From NCBI GenBank assembly GCA_963812845.1, contig CAWEWQ010000001.1, forward strand, positions 1,724,496 to 1,788,495: a stretch of DNA of 64,000 bases. Direction: 5' to 3'. The notes under the pieces were generated by a model that worked only from the letters and a program-made list of their open reading frames with translations, had not been told where the DNA came from and searched no databases. Shown in pieces: positions 49,853 to 64,000 of this stretch (its first letter is position 1; each line of letters begins with the position of its first letter). The DNA comes from an uncultured Actinomycetes bacterium (GTDB lineage Bacteria; Actinomycetota; Thermoleophilia; Solirubrobacterales; 70-9). Both the position numbers and the translations under genes were made by a program.

Positions 49853-51640
49853 CTAAACGCTGCCCGCCGGCCGCTCGGCGTGGGCGATCCGTTCGACCAG
49901 CGCGGCCCGTTCGCGGCTCAGCGCGGCGCGGCGCTCGTAGTCGCCGCGCTCGCCGGCGGCGGCGATCTCGGCCTCGAGGCGGCGCTGCTCGAGGAGGAGG
50001 AAGTTCAGCTCCATCGCCTCGTGGGAGGCCGGCTCCTCGCGGGACATGATCACCAGTTCGGCGATCAGGCCGGCGAGGGCGGAGTCGTCGTGCGGAAGGT
50101 CGGAGGCAGGATCCTCCGGATGCTCCCGCAGCCAGGCGGCCGCCCGCGAGACCGGTCGGCGAGAGGTGCGCCTCGGTGAGGCGGGCGAGGTACTCCTTGC
50201 CCTCGTCAGGCAGCGCGATGCACATCGCCAGCAGGGCCCGCTCGCGGCGCTCGCGCGAGGTCAGCTCCGCCGCCCGCTGCGGCCGCGAGGGCGCCGGGCG
50301 GCTCGGAGCGGGTGCCTGTTCGGGGCCGCCGCTGGTCGGGGTCGAGGCGACGACCCGCCCCATCACCATCGCCGGCTCGAGGTCGAGCCGCTCGGCGACG
50401 CGGCGGACGAGGTCGTCGCGGCTCGCCGTCTCCCCCAGCCCGGCCAGCACCGGCGCCACCTCGGCCAGCGCCCGGTCGCGCTCGACCGGAGAGCCGGCGT
50501 CGGTGCGCTCGAGAACGAGGCCGACCTGGAAGGCGACCAGCTCCTCGGCGCGATCGAGCAGGCCCTTGAAGCGCTCCGGGCCGCCCTCGGCGGCCATCAT
50601 CTCGGCCGGGTCCTCGCCGGCGGGCATCGCCGCCACCCGCAGCCGCATCCGCCGCCCGGCGGCAACGCTCTGCGCCCGCAGCATCGCCTCCTGGCCGGCC
50701 GAGTCGGCGTCGAGCGCCAGCACGACCTCGTCGACCATCCCCGAGAGCGCCGCCACCTGATCGCCCGTGATCGCCGTCCCCATCACCGCCACCGCCTCCT
50801 CGATCCCGGCCTGGTGCAGCGCCAGGACGTCGGTGTAGCCCTCGACGACGACAGCTCGCCCGGCTTTGGCGATCGCCGCTTTGGCCCGGTCGACGCCGTA
50901 GAGGATCTGGCTCTTGTGGAAGAACTCGGTCTCGGCGGTGTTGACGTACTTGGCACCCTGGTCGGAGCGCATCGCCCGGCCGCCGAAGCCGAGGACGCGG
51001 CCGCGGCGGTCGCGGATCGGGAACATGATCCGCTCGCGGAAGCGGTCGTACTCGCCGCCGCTGCGGCCGCGCTGGACGAGGCCGACGCCGCGCAGCTCCT
51101 CGACGCTGAAGCCGGCCCGCTGTCCGCGGACCAGGAGCTTGTCCCAGGCGCTCGGCGCGTAGCCGACGCCGAAGTCGCGCAGCACCTCTTCGCCCAAGCC
51201 GCGCTCGCGCCAGGTAGTCGCGTGCCTTCCCCGCCTCCTCGGACTCCCAGAGGTAGCTGGAGTAGAAGGCGGCCGCCCGTTCCAGCAGCTCCTCCAGGCG
51301 GCGCCGCCGCTGGCGCTTTCGCCTCCGCCCGCGGGTCCTCCTGCTCGCGCTCGAGCTCGACCCCGTAGCGGTCGGCCAGCAGCTCGACCGCCTCGGCGAA
51401 ATTGAGCCCGTCCTTCTCCTCGATGAACTTGATCACGTCGCCGCCGACCCCACAGCCGAAGCAGTGGTAGAGCTTTTCGGTCGGCTCGACCGAAAACGAG
51501 GGGGTGCGCTCGTCGTGGAACGGGCAGAGGCCGACGTAGCGGGCGCCCTGCCGGCGCAGGTCGGTGTGGGCGGAGACGACCTCGACGATGTCGGCCGCCT
51601 GCTTGACCCGCTCGACGCTGTCGGGGGAGATCAGCGCCAT
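49853..51640 (-). CDS. dnaG: DNA primase DnaG, multiple frameshifts
   Basis: MALISPDSVERVKQAADIVEVV..YVGLCPFHDERTPSFSV..YHCFGCGVGGDVIKF (Zn finger). TOPRIM: ..AVVVEGYTDVLALHQAG..VVLALDADSAGQEA... AGGA lies 7 nt before the ATG at 51640, and a TTG lies at 51646. The C-terminal piece is ORF 49853-50053. Confidence 0.9.
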
Positions 51641-51657
51641 TGACAAATCCTCGCAAC

Positions 51658-51762
51658 CTGAGGGTGCGTGTGACCAAGCAGATCAAGGACGCAGGGAGCG
51701 CTGTGTGCTCTGCACACGAGCGACCGAGGACGCCGATATGCGCCGGTCACACGCACCCTCAG
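51658..51762. repeat. Structured intergenic repeat, family 2, copy 2 (between dgt and dnaG)
   Basis: An 18-bp outer stem 51658-51675/51745-51762 includes the dgt stop codon. Block aagcagatcaaggacgcaggg at 51676-51696. Inner hairpin 51699-51708/51712-51722. Block ccgaggacgccgatatgcgc at 51724-51743. Confidence 0.85.
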
Positions 51763-52802
51763 AACCGGGACTCTTCCGGGACGGTCAGCTCGGTGAACTT
51801 GGCGATGCAGAAGCGATCGGTCATCCCGGCGATGTAGTCGGTGACGCGCTGGCAGTCGCTCGCCGTCGGGTCCCACTCGGGGATCTCGCCGGGGTGCTCG
51901 AGGTAGTGCTCGAAGAGGCCGTGCATGGTCCGCTGCACCCGGTCGTGCTCGCTGCGCGCCTCGGGACCGAGGTAGACGCGGTCGAACATGAACTTGCGCA
52001 GGCGCAGCATCGCCCGTCCGATCTCGCGGCCCTGGCGATCTCGCCGGCGCCTTCGGAGTGCTCGACGATGTCGCGGACGAGCGTGTCGATCCGCTGCGAG
52101 CCGGTCGGACCGAGCAGCTCGATCTCCTCGACGGGCAAGCTCTCCTGGCGGCAGGATCCCGGCCCGCAGGGCGTCGTCGATGTCGTGGTTGATGTAGGCG
52201 ACGCGGTCGACCAGCTTGACGATCTGGCCCTCCAGCGTCGCCGGCCTGCGGGAGCCGGTGTGGTTGAGGATGCCGTCGCGGACCTGCTCGGTCAGGTTCA
52301 GCCCGTGGCCGTCGCGCTCGAGCACGTCGACGACCCGCAGCGAGTGCTCGTTGTGGCGGAAGCCGCTGCCGCATCGCTCCCTCAGCGCCGCGTCGAGGGC
52401 CTCCTCTCCGGCGTGGCCGAAGGGCGGGTGGCCGAGGTCGTGGCCGAGCCCGATCGCCTCGGTCAGGTCCTCGTTCAGGCCCAGCGCCCGGGCGACCGTG
52501 CGGGCGATCCCGCAGGCCTCGAGCGTGTGGGTCAGACGGGTCCGGTAGTGGTCGCCCTCAGGGGCGACGAAGACCTGGGTCTTGTGCTTCAGCCGCCGGA
52601 ACGACTTCGAGTGGACGATCCGGTCGCGGTCGCGCTGGAACGGCGTCCGCAACGGGCTGTCCGGCTCCTCCTGCTGCCGCCGCGCCGGATAGGACCGAGT
52701 CGCCTCCGGAGAGAGAAACTCCTCCTCCAAAGCGGAGATGCGCTCCTCGAAGGTGGCAGTGACGGGCACCAGTCGATCATAAGGCGGTCGCCGCACAACC
52801 AT
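51759..52802 (-). CDS. dgt: dGTP triphosphohydrolase-like HD-domain protein, frameshifts near 52000-52130
   Basis: ..[83 protein letters not shown]... ATG at 52802. Confidence 0.85.
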   Translation of the reverse strand: MVVRRPPYDRLVPVTATFEERISALEEEFLSPEATRSYPARRQQEEPDSPLRTPFQRDRDRIVHSKSFRRLKHKTQVFVAPEGDHYRTRLTHTLEACGIARTVARALGLNEDLTEAIGLGHDLGHPPFGHAGEEALDAALRERCGSGFRHNEHSLRVVDVLERDGHGLNLTEQVRDGILNHTGSRRPATLEGQIVKLVDRVAYINHDIDDALRAGILPPGELARRGDRAARSDRLAADRHARPRHRRALRRRRRDRQGREIGRAMLRLRKFMFDRVYLGPEARSEHDRVQRTMHGLFEHYLEHPGEIPEWDPTASDCQRVTDYIAGMTDRFCIAKFTELTVPEESRF

Positions 52803-52812
52803 CCCCTCTTGC

Positions 52813-52879
52813 GGGGCGAGGGGGAGGGGTTCGCCGGACCCTCCCCGCTGTTGTCCGCCGAACCCCTCCCCCTCGCCCC
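52813..52879 (-). terminator. Perfect 21-bp G/C-rich hairpin 3 nt after the recO stop
   Basis: ggggcgagggggaggggttcg (52813-52833) pairs with cgaacccctccccctcgcccc (52859-52879) around a 25-nt loop. The G-rich arm style resembles repeat family 1. No U-tract is present. Confidence 0.4.
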
Positions 52880-52882
52880 CGA

Positions 52883-53606
52883 TCAAGCCGCAGCGCGCAG
52901 TTGTACGTGCGCGTGGTGCTCGAGCGTCTCGCCGACCGCCCGCTCGACCTGACGCAGGGCGCGAGGCTCGGCTCCGGGCGCCTCGCTCAGCGGCTGCGCC
53001 AGCGCCTCGACCATGAAGTCGTGCGCTTCCTCGTCGAGTGGGAAGGAGCCCGCTTCGCAGCCGGCGCAGACGACGCCGCCGGCGGCGCCGGAGAAGCCGA
53101 CCAGGTGCTCGGCCTCGCCGCAGCGGGCGCAGGAGGCGAGCTCGGGAGCGAAACCGGCGACCAGCGCCAGCTTCAGCCGGAAGGAGAGGGCCGTCTCGAT
53201 GCCCGCCGCCGCGGCTCGCCTGGGTCGTCGAGCAGGGAGAGGTAGCGGCAGAGGAGGTTGTAGGCGGGCGGGATTGGGCTCGGCCGAGTCGAGCAGGCGC
53301 AGGACCGCGTCGCAGGCGCGGGCGCCGGCGGTCAGCGCCGGCCCGGAGGAGCGCAGGCGCGGGTAGCCGTCGACGGTCGTGACGCTGGTCACCGTCATCA
53401 GGTCGCCGCGGCCTTCGTGGAGGATCAGGTCGAGCCGGAAGAACGGCTCCAGGCGGCCGCCGAAGCGGGATCGGTTTGCGCGCCCCCTTGGCGATCGCCC
53501 CGAACCGGCCGCGGCTCTTCGAGTAGAGGTGGAGGATGCGGTCGGCCTCGCCGTAGCGAATGCTGCGCAGGACAATCGCCTCCGTCTTGACCGTAGTTCC
53601 GGCCAC
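52883..53606 (-). CDS. recO: DNA repair protein RecO, frameshifted
   Basis: GTG at 53606: [44 protein letters not shown].. then (ORF 52883-53575) ..[39 protein letters not shown]... Confidence 0.85.
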
Positions 53607-53612
53607 GTCTGC

Positions 53613-54514
53613 CTACTTTGCCCGGCGCTTCGGACGTCTTCGCAGTTTCACCTGGCAGCTCGGGCAGAAGTAGGTGGAGCGGCCGCCGACGACGATGCGG
53701 ACGATCGTCGCCGCCGCAGCGCGGGCAGGGCTCGCCCTCGCGGGTGTGGACGAGGAACTCGTCCTGCATCGTCCCCTTCTCGCCGCGGCCGTCGCGGTAG
53801 TCGTCGATCGAGGAGCCGCCGGCGTCGATCCCGGCCTCCAGCGCGGCGACGACGGCGTCGCGCAGCGCCTCCAGGTGCTCGGGCTTCATCGAGCCGGCCG
53901 GCGAGAGCGGGTGCAGCCCGGCCCGGAAGAGCGCCTCGTCGGCGTAGATGTTGCCGACGCCGGCGACCCCGGACTGGTCGAGCAGGAACGACTTCAGCGG
54001 CGCCGTGCGGCCGGCCGCCATCGCTCCCAGCGCCTCCGGGGTGAACTCGGGCGAGAACGGCTCGACCCCGAGCTTCGGCGAAGCGCGCCTCGAGCCCGAC
54101 GTCGTCGATCAGGAAGGCCTCGCCGAAGCGGCGCGGGTCGGTGAACCAGAGCTCGCGACCGTCGTCGAGGACGAAGCGGGCGCGCAGGTGCCGTTCCTCG
54201 GTCGAGCGCTCGCTCTCGTACAGCCGCCGGCCCTCGGAGGGGTCGAGCACCTCCTCGCCCTCGACCAGGACCAGGTTGCCGGTCATCCGCAGGTGCATGA
54301 CCAGGGTCCGGCCGCCGTCGAGCCCCAGCAGCATGTACTTGCCGCGCCGACCGAGCCGCTCGATCGTCGCGCCGCTGACCGCCTCGCCCAGCTGCTCGGG
54401 CGGCACCGGCCGCGACCAGCGCTCGTCCAGCACCTCCAGCCACTCGATCCGGTGCCCTTCCAGCTCCGGCTCCAGCTGCCGGACGACGGTCTCGACCTCG
54501 GGCAGCTCGGGCAT
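53613..54514 (-). CDS. mutM: Formamidopyrimidine-DNA glycosylase (Fpg/MutM), frameshifted
   Basis: MPELPEVETVVRQL..GRRGKYMLL..HLRMTG.., ..LLDQSGVAGVGNIYADEALFRAGLHP.. After correction the zinc finger reads ..CPRCG..YFCPSCQ.., with a stop at 53613-53615. Confidence 0.85.
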
Positions 54515-54588
54515 GCCGGAGTTCTACTTCATGCCGGCGTTCGTCCTTGGACCGGCATATCGCGTCCCAAGGACGAACGCCAACCGAT

Positions 54589-55559
<971 letters not shown>

Positions 55560-55620
55560 GACGCGCCTGTTTCGCCTCGGCCGCTACAACCCTTGGTCCG
55601 CAAGGGACCGTGCGCAGGCG

Positions 55621-56682
55621 CTAGGTCCCGCGCGGCGAGTGGCGGCTGCGCGAAGAAGAGCGGGTCGTCCTCCAGGTCACCTGCGCCCATCGTGCGTGCG
55701 CGGGAGGCCCGAGGCGCCGTAGGCGTCGAGGTCGACGCGGGCATGGCGGAGTGGACGGCGGTGCCGACAGCCTCGAGGCCGGGCGAGCGATCGGCCCTGC
55801 GCTCCCTCCGGGCACCGGCGACGTCGACCGGGGCCAGGAGCAGGTCGAGGACGGTGTAGGTGTGGTGGCTGAGGTCGCGGTGGCGCTCGCGGGGGTCCGA
55901 GGCGGAGAGGCGCGGGGAGAGCGAGCGTCGGCAGGCGGAGGGAGAGGGCGGCGTGGGCGCTGTCGAGGGCGGCCATGCCGCCGTGGCCGAACTCGGTGTC
56001 GGAGCCGATGATGCCGGGGCCGGGGCCGACCAGGACCGCGTCCCAGCCGAGCTCGGCCGGCGGCGTCGAGGGCGCCGACGGTGCTGAGCGCCTCGTGCTC
56101 GCCGCCGTAGGCCGGCGCCGCGGTGATGTGGCCGCAGAGCAGGCCGCGCTCGCGCAGCTCGGCGACGTCGCGCGAGAGCGAGCCCGGCAGCGCGCCGCCG
56201 CCGGTCTGGACGTAGCCGACCCGCAGCCCGGGCGCGGCCTGCGCCGCCGCCCAGGCCGCCGGCGCCAGGTGGCCGTGCAGCGGCAGGACCACGACCGGCA
56301 CGCCCTCCCCCGTTCCGCGGTTCCTTTGTCCTCTCTATCCGGACTTTCGAACCACGGAATGCTGTCGGACTCCCAGTCGCCGGTGCTCGACCGGCTCGAC
56401 CGGGTGCTGGAGCGAGGTGTAGTTGAGCTTCATCACGTGCGCGTCGCCCTCCGCGCCGCCCCCCTCGAGGCCGCGGGTGAGGTTGACGTGGACGACGTCG
56501 AAGCCGCCGGAGCCGAGCCCGAGGTCGAGCGCGGCGACGTTGACGACGACCTCGTCGCCCTCGCGCATCTCCCCCAGCAGGACCTCGTCGGCCCAGGCGC
56601 GCCGGCGCTCGCCGTCGACCTCGACCTCGAGCGGCTCGGCCGAGACGACGACGCCGCGGCGCAGCTCCAGCCGGCCGCTCAC
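55621..56682 (-). CDS. DUF3866 family protein, frameshifted; 3' end approximate
   Basis: The GTG at 56682 overlaps the upstream stop (GTGA): ..[62 protein letters not shown].., ..[30 protein letters not shown].., ..[15 protein letters not shown]... Confidence 0.65.
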
Positions 56683-57803
56683 TCCCGCTCCGCGGCCGCC
56701 GCAGCGGCGACGATCCCCTCGCAGACCTCGAGCATCTTCTCGAGGCTGCGGGCCGGGACCATCTCGTCGGCGGTGTGGACGGCGTCGGTGCCGTTGGCGA
56801 GCAGGACGCAGTCGAAGCCGTCGCGGCGGAAGACGTTGGCGTCGCTGCCGCCGCCGATCGCCACCCGCCGCGGCTCGAGGCCCGCCGCCGCGCAGCCCCG
56901 CCTCGGCCAGCGCCAGCGCCGGCGAGTCCTTCGGCACCTCGTAGCCGCGGAAGAGCTCTTCGATCCGCACGTCGACGTCGCAGCCGTGCTCGCTCGCGCC
57001 CCAGGCGCAGGCGTCGGCGATCTTCCCCGCCACCTCGGCCGCGCGCTCGGCGTCGAGGCTGCGCGCCTCGGCGTGGATCCAGCAGTGGCCCGGGCACGAC
57101 GTTGCCCGAGGTGCCGCCGGCGATCAGGCCGACGTTGGCGGTCGTCTCCTCGTCGAGCCGGCCGAGCTCCATCCGCGCGATCGCCGCCGCCGCGGCGGCG
57201 ATCGCGCTGCTGCCGTCCTCGGGCTTGATCCCGGCGTGGGCCTCGACCCCGATGAAGTCGGCGAGGATCTTCTGCTGGGTCGGGGTCGCGACGATCACCT
57301 CGCCGACCGGCGCCGGCGTGGTCGAGGACGAAGCCGACCCGCGAGCGCAGCTGCGAGGCGTCGAAGGCCTTCGCCCCGCGCAGCCCCTGCTCCTCGGCGA
57401 CGGTCAGCACCAGCTCGATCCCGACCGGCGCCGGGCCGTTCGACGTGGCGGGCGACCAGCTCCATGAAGACCGCGACCGCGGCCTTGTTGTCGGCGCCGA
57501 GGATCGTCTCGCCGCGGCTGCGGAAGACGCCTTCGTCGTTCGACCACCTCGACCTGGCCCCGGTGCGGGACCGTGTCGACGTGGGCGCAGAACATCACCC
57601 ACTCCTCGCCGCTCCCGGCGAGCCGCGCCAGCAGGTTGCCGGCCCCGGCTTCGGCCGGACCGGCGGCGTCGTCCTCGCTCACCTCGAGCCCCAGCGCCCG
57701 CAGCTCGGCGGCGAGGGTGTCGGCGATCTCGCGCTCCTCGCCGGTCGGGCTGCGGATCTCGCAGAGCCGGACGAAGGTCTCGTGCAGCCGGGATCTCCTC
57801 CAT
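56679..57803 (-). CDS. M20/M25/M40 family metallopeptidase (PepT-like), frameshifted
   Basis: MEEIP.., ..[24 protein letters not shown].., ..[20 protein letters not shown].., ..[18 protein letters not shown].., ..[23 protein letters not shown]... Confidence 0.7.
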   Translation of the reverse strand: MEEIPAARDLRPALRDPQPDRRGARDRRHPRRRAAGAGARGERGRRRRSGRSRGRQPAGAARRERRGVGDVLRPRRHGPAPGPGRGGRTTKASSAAAARRSSAPTTRPRSRSSWSWSPATSNGPAPVGIELVLTVAEEQGLRGAKAFDASQLRSRVGFVLDHAGAGRRGDRRDPDPAEDPRRLHRGRGPRRDQARGRQQRDRRRGGGDRADGARPARRGDDRQRRPDRRRHLGQRRARATAGSTPRRAASTPSARPRWRGRSPTPAPGARASTAATSTCGSKSSSAATRCRRTRRRWRWPRRGCAAAGLEPRRVAIGGGSDANVFRRDGFDCVLLANGTDAVHTADEMVPARSLEKMLEVCEGIVAAAAAAERE

Positions 57804-57840
57804 CGCGGAGAAGGCTAACCGGGAACGCCCAGGCCTGGCC

Positions 57841-61259
<3,419 letters not shown>

Positions 61260-61303
61260 GCGAGGCCGAAGGCTAGTGCCTCGGGGGCACCGCCGCCGAG
61301 GCC

Positions 61304-62490
61304 TCAGTCGATGCCGAGCCAGATGCGGATCTTCAGCCAGAACAGTTCGAAGACGTCGTTCAGCGCCGGCGAGGTGATGACGAGGATCGTCAGCAGGATC
61401 AGGAAGGCGACCACGAAGAAGGCCAGCGGCGCCAGGGTCGAGCTCGGGTTGTAGAGCCGGCTCACCCCCTTGGCGTCGACCAGCCGCTCGCCGATCCGCA
61501 GCCGGGTGAGGAAGGTCGAGGACATGCCGCCGCGCTTGCGGTCGAGGAACTCGATCAGGTTGAAGTGGGCGCCGACGCTGACGATCAGCGCCGCCCCCTT
61601 CTCGTGGCCATCAGCATCGCCACGTCCTCGCTGGTCCCGGCGGCGGGGACGACCTGGTGCGTCGAGGCCGGCCTCGAGCAGCCGCTCGCAGCCGGGCGCG
61701 CGGCCGTCGGGATAGGCGTGGACGATCAGCTCGGCGCCGCAGGCGCAGCGCCGCGTCGCCGGCCGAGTCCATGTCGCCGAGGATCACGTCCGGCTTCAGC
61801 CCCGCTTCGAGCACGCCGTCGGCGCCGCCGTCGACGGCGACGATCAGCGGCCGCACGTCGCGGATGTAGGCGCGCAGCGCCTTCAGGTCGCGGCGGTGGC
61901 GGTCGCCGCGGACGACGATCAGGACGTGGCGGTCGCGGAAGCGAGGCCCGGGTCGGCGGGAAGTCGATGTTGCCGGTCAGCAGGTCGGTCTCTTCGCGCA
62001 CGTGGGCGACGGTGTTTTCGGCGAATTCGGCCAGCGCCTCGTCGATCCGCTCGCGCTGCTCCTGCATCTCGCGTTCGAGCTCGGCGACGCGCGAGGACGC
62101 GGCCGCGCGGCGACCTCCTCGTCGCCGACGAGGACGGCGCCGCCGTCGATCCGCACGCCGGTCGCCGTCCTTGAGCAGCTCGAAGAGCCCGGCGTCGGGG
62201 GCGTCGATCAGGCGGATCCCCTCCCGCGCCAGCATCAGCGGCCCGGCGTTCGGGTAGCGCCCGTCCGAGGAGGGCGAGGCGTTGAGCACCGCGACGACCC
62301 CGGCTTCGATCAGCTCCTCGGCGGCGATCCGGTCGATGTTGACGTGGTCGATGACCGCGACGTCGCCGGGGCGCAGGCGCTTGACCAGGTGCTTGGTCCG
62401 CTCGCCGAGGCGGGCGGTGCCTTCGATCGGCGCGTCCGGCCGCGTCGCCGTTCCTGCGCCCGAGCAGAGCAGGAAGGCGACGACGACTAG
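61304..62490 (-). CDS. steA: Putative cytokinetic ring protein SteA, frameshifted
   Basis: ..ARLGERTKHLVKRLRPGDVAVIDHVNIDRIAAEELIEAGVVAVLNASPSSDGRYPNAGP.., ..RPLIVAVDGGADGVLEAGLKPDVILGDMDS.. The C-terminal TM piece is ORF 61304-61525. Confidence 0.7.
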
Positions 62491-62504
62491 TGGTGGCCAC
62501 CGCC

Positions 62505-64000
62505 TCAGGTTAGGCGAAGGGCAGCGGCAAGGGCAAGGGTCAGGCGGCTGCAGCAGCTCGCGGGCGTGCTCGGTCGCGGCCTCGTCGGAGCTCTCGCCGC
62601 CGAGCATGCGGCGGATCTCGGCGACCACGCCCTCGCCGTCGAGGCGCTCGACGGTGGCCGACGGCCCGCTCGCCGGCGACGTCCTTTTCGAGCCGGAAGT
62701 GGACGTCGGCGAGCGAGGCGACCTGCGGCAGGTGGGTGATGCAGAGGACCTGGCGGCCCCGGCGCCGAGCGCCCGCAGCCGCTCGCCGACGACCCGCGCC
62801 GTGTTGCCGCCGATGCCGGCGTCGATCTCGTCGAAGACCATCGTCCCGGCGCGTCGCCGCCCTGGCCGAGCCCGCTCAGCGCCAGCATCACCCGCGAGAG
62901 CTCGCCGCCGGAGGCGGCGTCGCGCAGCGGCGCCGCCTCGATCCCGGGGTTGGGAGCGACCCGCAGCTCGACCGTCTCGCGGCCGGAGGCGCCGAAGCCG
63001 TCGGGGTGCGGCTCCAGCACGACCTCGAGCGAGGCGCCGGCCATCGCGAGCTGCTCCAGCTCGGCCGCGACCCGCTCCTCCAGCGGACCGGCCGCGGCTT
63101 CGCGCGCCCGGCGCTCAGCCGCTCGCCCAGCTCGCCGCGGCGCGCTTCGGCCGCGGCCAGCGCCGCCTCGGCCTCGGCGCCGCGCTCCTCGGCGCCCTCC
63201 AGCCGGGCGATCTCCTCGCGGCAGCGCTCGGCGTGGGCGAGCACCGACTCGACGCTGCCGCCGTGCTTGCGCTCGAGCCGGTCGATCGCTTCCAGCCGCT
63301 CCTCGATCGCCTGCAGCGCGCGCCGGGTCGGCCTCGACGCCCTCGGCGTAGTCGCGCAGCTCCGAGCGCGACGTCGCCCAGCTCGACCGCCAGCGCCGCG
63401 ACCCGCTCGGCGAGCGCGTCGAGGCCGGGGTCGAGGCCGGCCGCGCCCTGCAGCGCGCGATTCGGCCTGGGCCAGCGCCGCCGCCGCGCCGCCGCCGTCC
63501 TCCTCGGCGCCGGCCAGGCCGGCGTGGGCGCCGCCGGCCGCTTCGCGCAGGCCCTCGGCGTGGCGCAGGCGCTCGCGCTCGGCGGCGATCTCGCTCCCGC
63601 TCCTCGGGGACCGGCGCCACCTCCTCGATCTCGGAGAGCTCGTAGCGGTAGAGGTCGAGGTCGCGCTCCCGCGAGCCCTTCGCGCTCGCGCAGCTCGGCC
63701 AGCTCGGCGGCGAGCCGCCCGCACTCGCGGTGCGCCTCGCGGTAGCCGCCGCCGCAGCTCCAGGTGCTCGGCGCCGGCGAAGCCGTCGAGGATCTCCAGC
63801 TGGGCCGAGGAGATCGTCAGCTGCGGTGCTCGTGCTGGCCGAAGAAGGCGAGCAGGCGACCGCCGAGCAGCTTCAGGTCGGCGGCGGTCGCGGCGCGGCC
63901 GGCGACGAAGGCGCTGGTCCGCCCGCCCGCCGAGACCCGCCGCCCGAGCACGACCTCCTCGGCGCCCTCCGGCAGCCGCTCGGCCAGCTCCGCCATCTCC
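62505..64000 (-). CDS. recN: DNA repair protein RecN (5' end outside window), frameshifted
   Basis: ..RTSAFVAGRAATAADLKLLGGRLLAFFGQHEHRQL.. near the window end, coiled-coil middle pieces, then the C-terminal ..VFDEIDAGIGGNTARVVGERL.. (signature/Walker B region). Confidence 0.8.

Overview
High-GC chromosomal window with actinobacterial-type gene order and no tools used beyond reading the sequence and the ORF track. Most genes lie on the minus strand in two conserved housekeeping blocks. The first is rpiR-like, pdxS, pdxT, M29 aminopeptidase, yebC, ruvCAB, secDF, recJ, relA. The second is dnaG, dgt, recO, mutM, xerD, DUF3866, M20 peptidase, pyrG, GT4, mctB-like, steA, recN. There is also a surface-glycan cluster (1.7-8.0 kb), an ECF sigma factor, a B12-dependent mutase operon (38.0-42.5 kb), and a visibly lower-GC accessory segment (42.5-49.8 kb) containing two tRNA genes. 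The best candidate for a new system sits in that segment: an intact 980-aa single-gene protein (42541-45483) combining an N-terminal Mrr-type PD-(D/E)xK nuclease, a NACHT/STAND P-loop NTPase and a C-terminal pentapeptide-repeat region. Its stop codon lies 22 nt from a tRNA-Met gene, and it looks like an NLR-type antiphage candidate. I also found two families of nested-hairpin intergenic repeats with conserved loops and covarying stems, related G-rich hairpins just 3' of stop codons, a 20-bp perfect palindrome inside recJ, and a candidate TetR operator. Caveat: about 38 of roughly 60 genes, including essential ones, have reading frames broken by single-base indels. I read this as assembly or sequencing error rather than decay, so ends of frameshifted genes are approximate. 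I saw no rRNA, CRISPR array, transposase or prophage.
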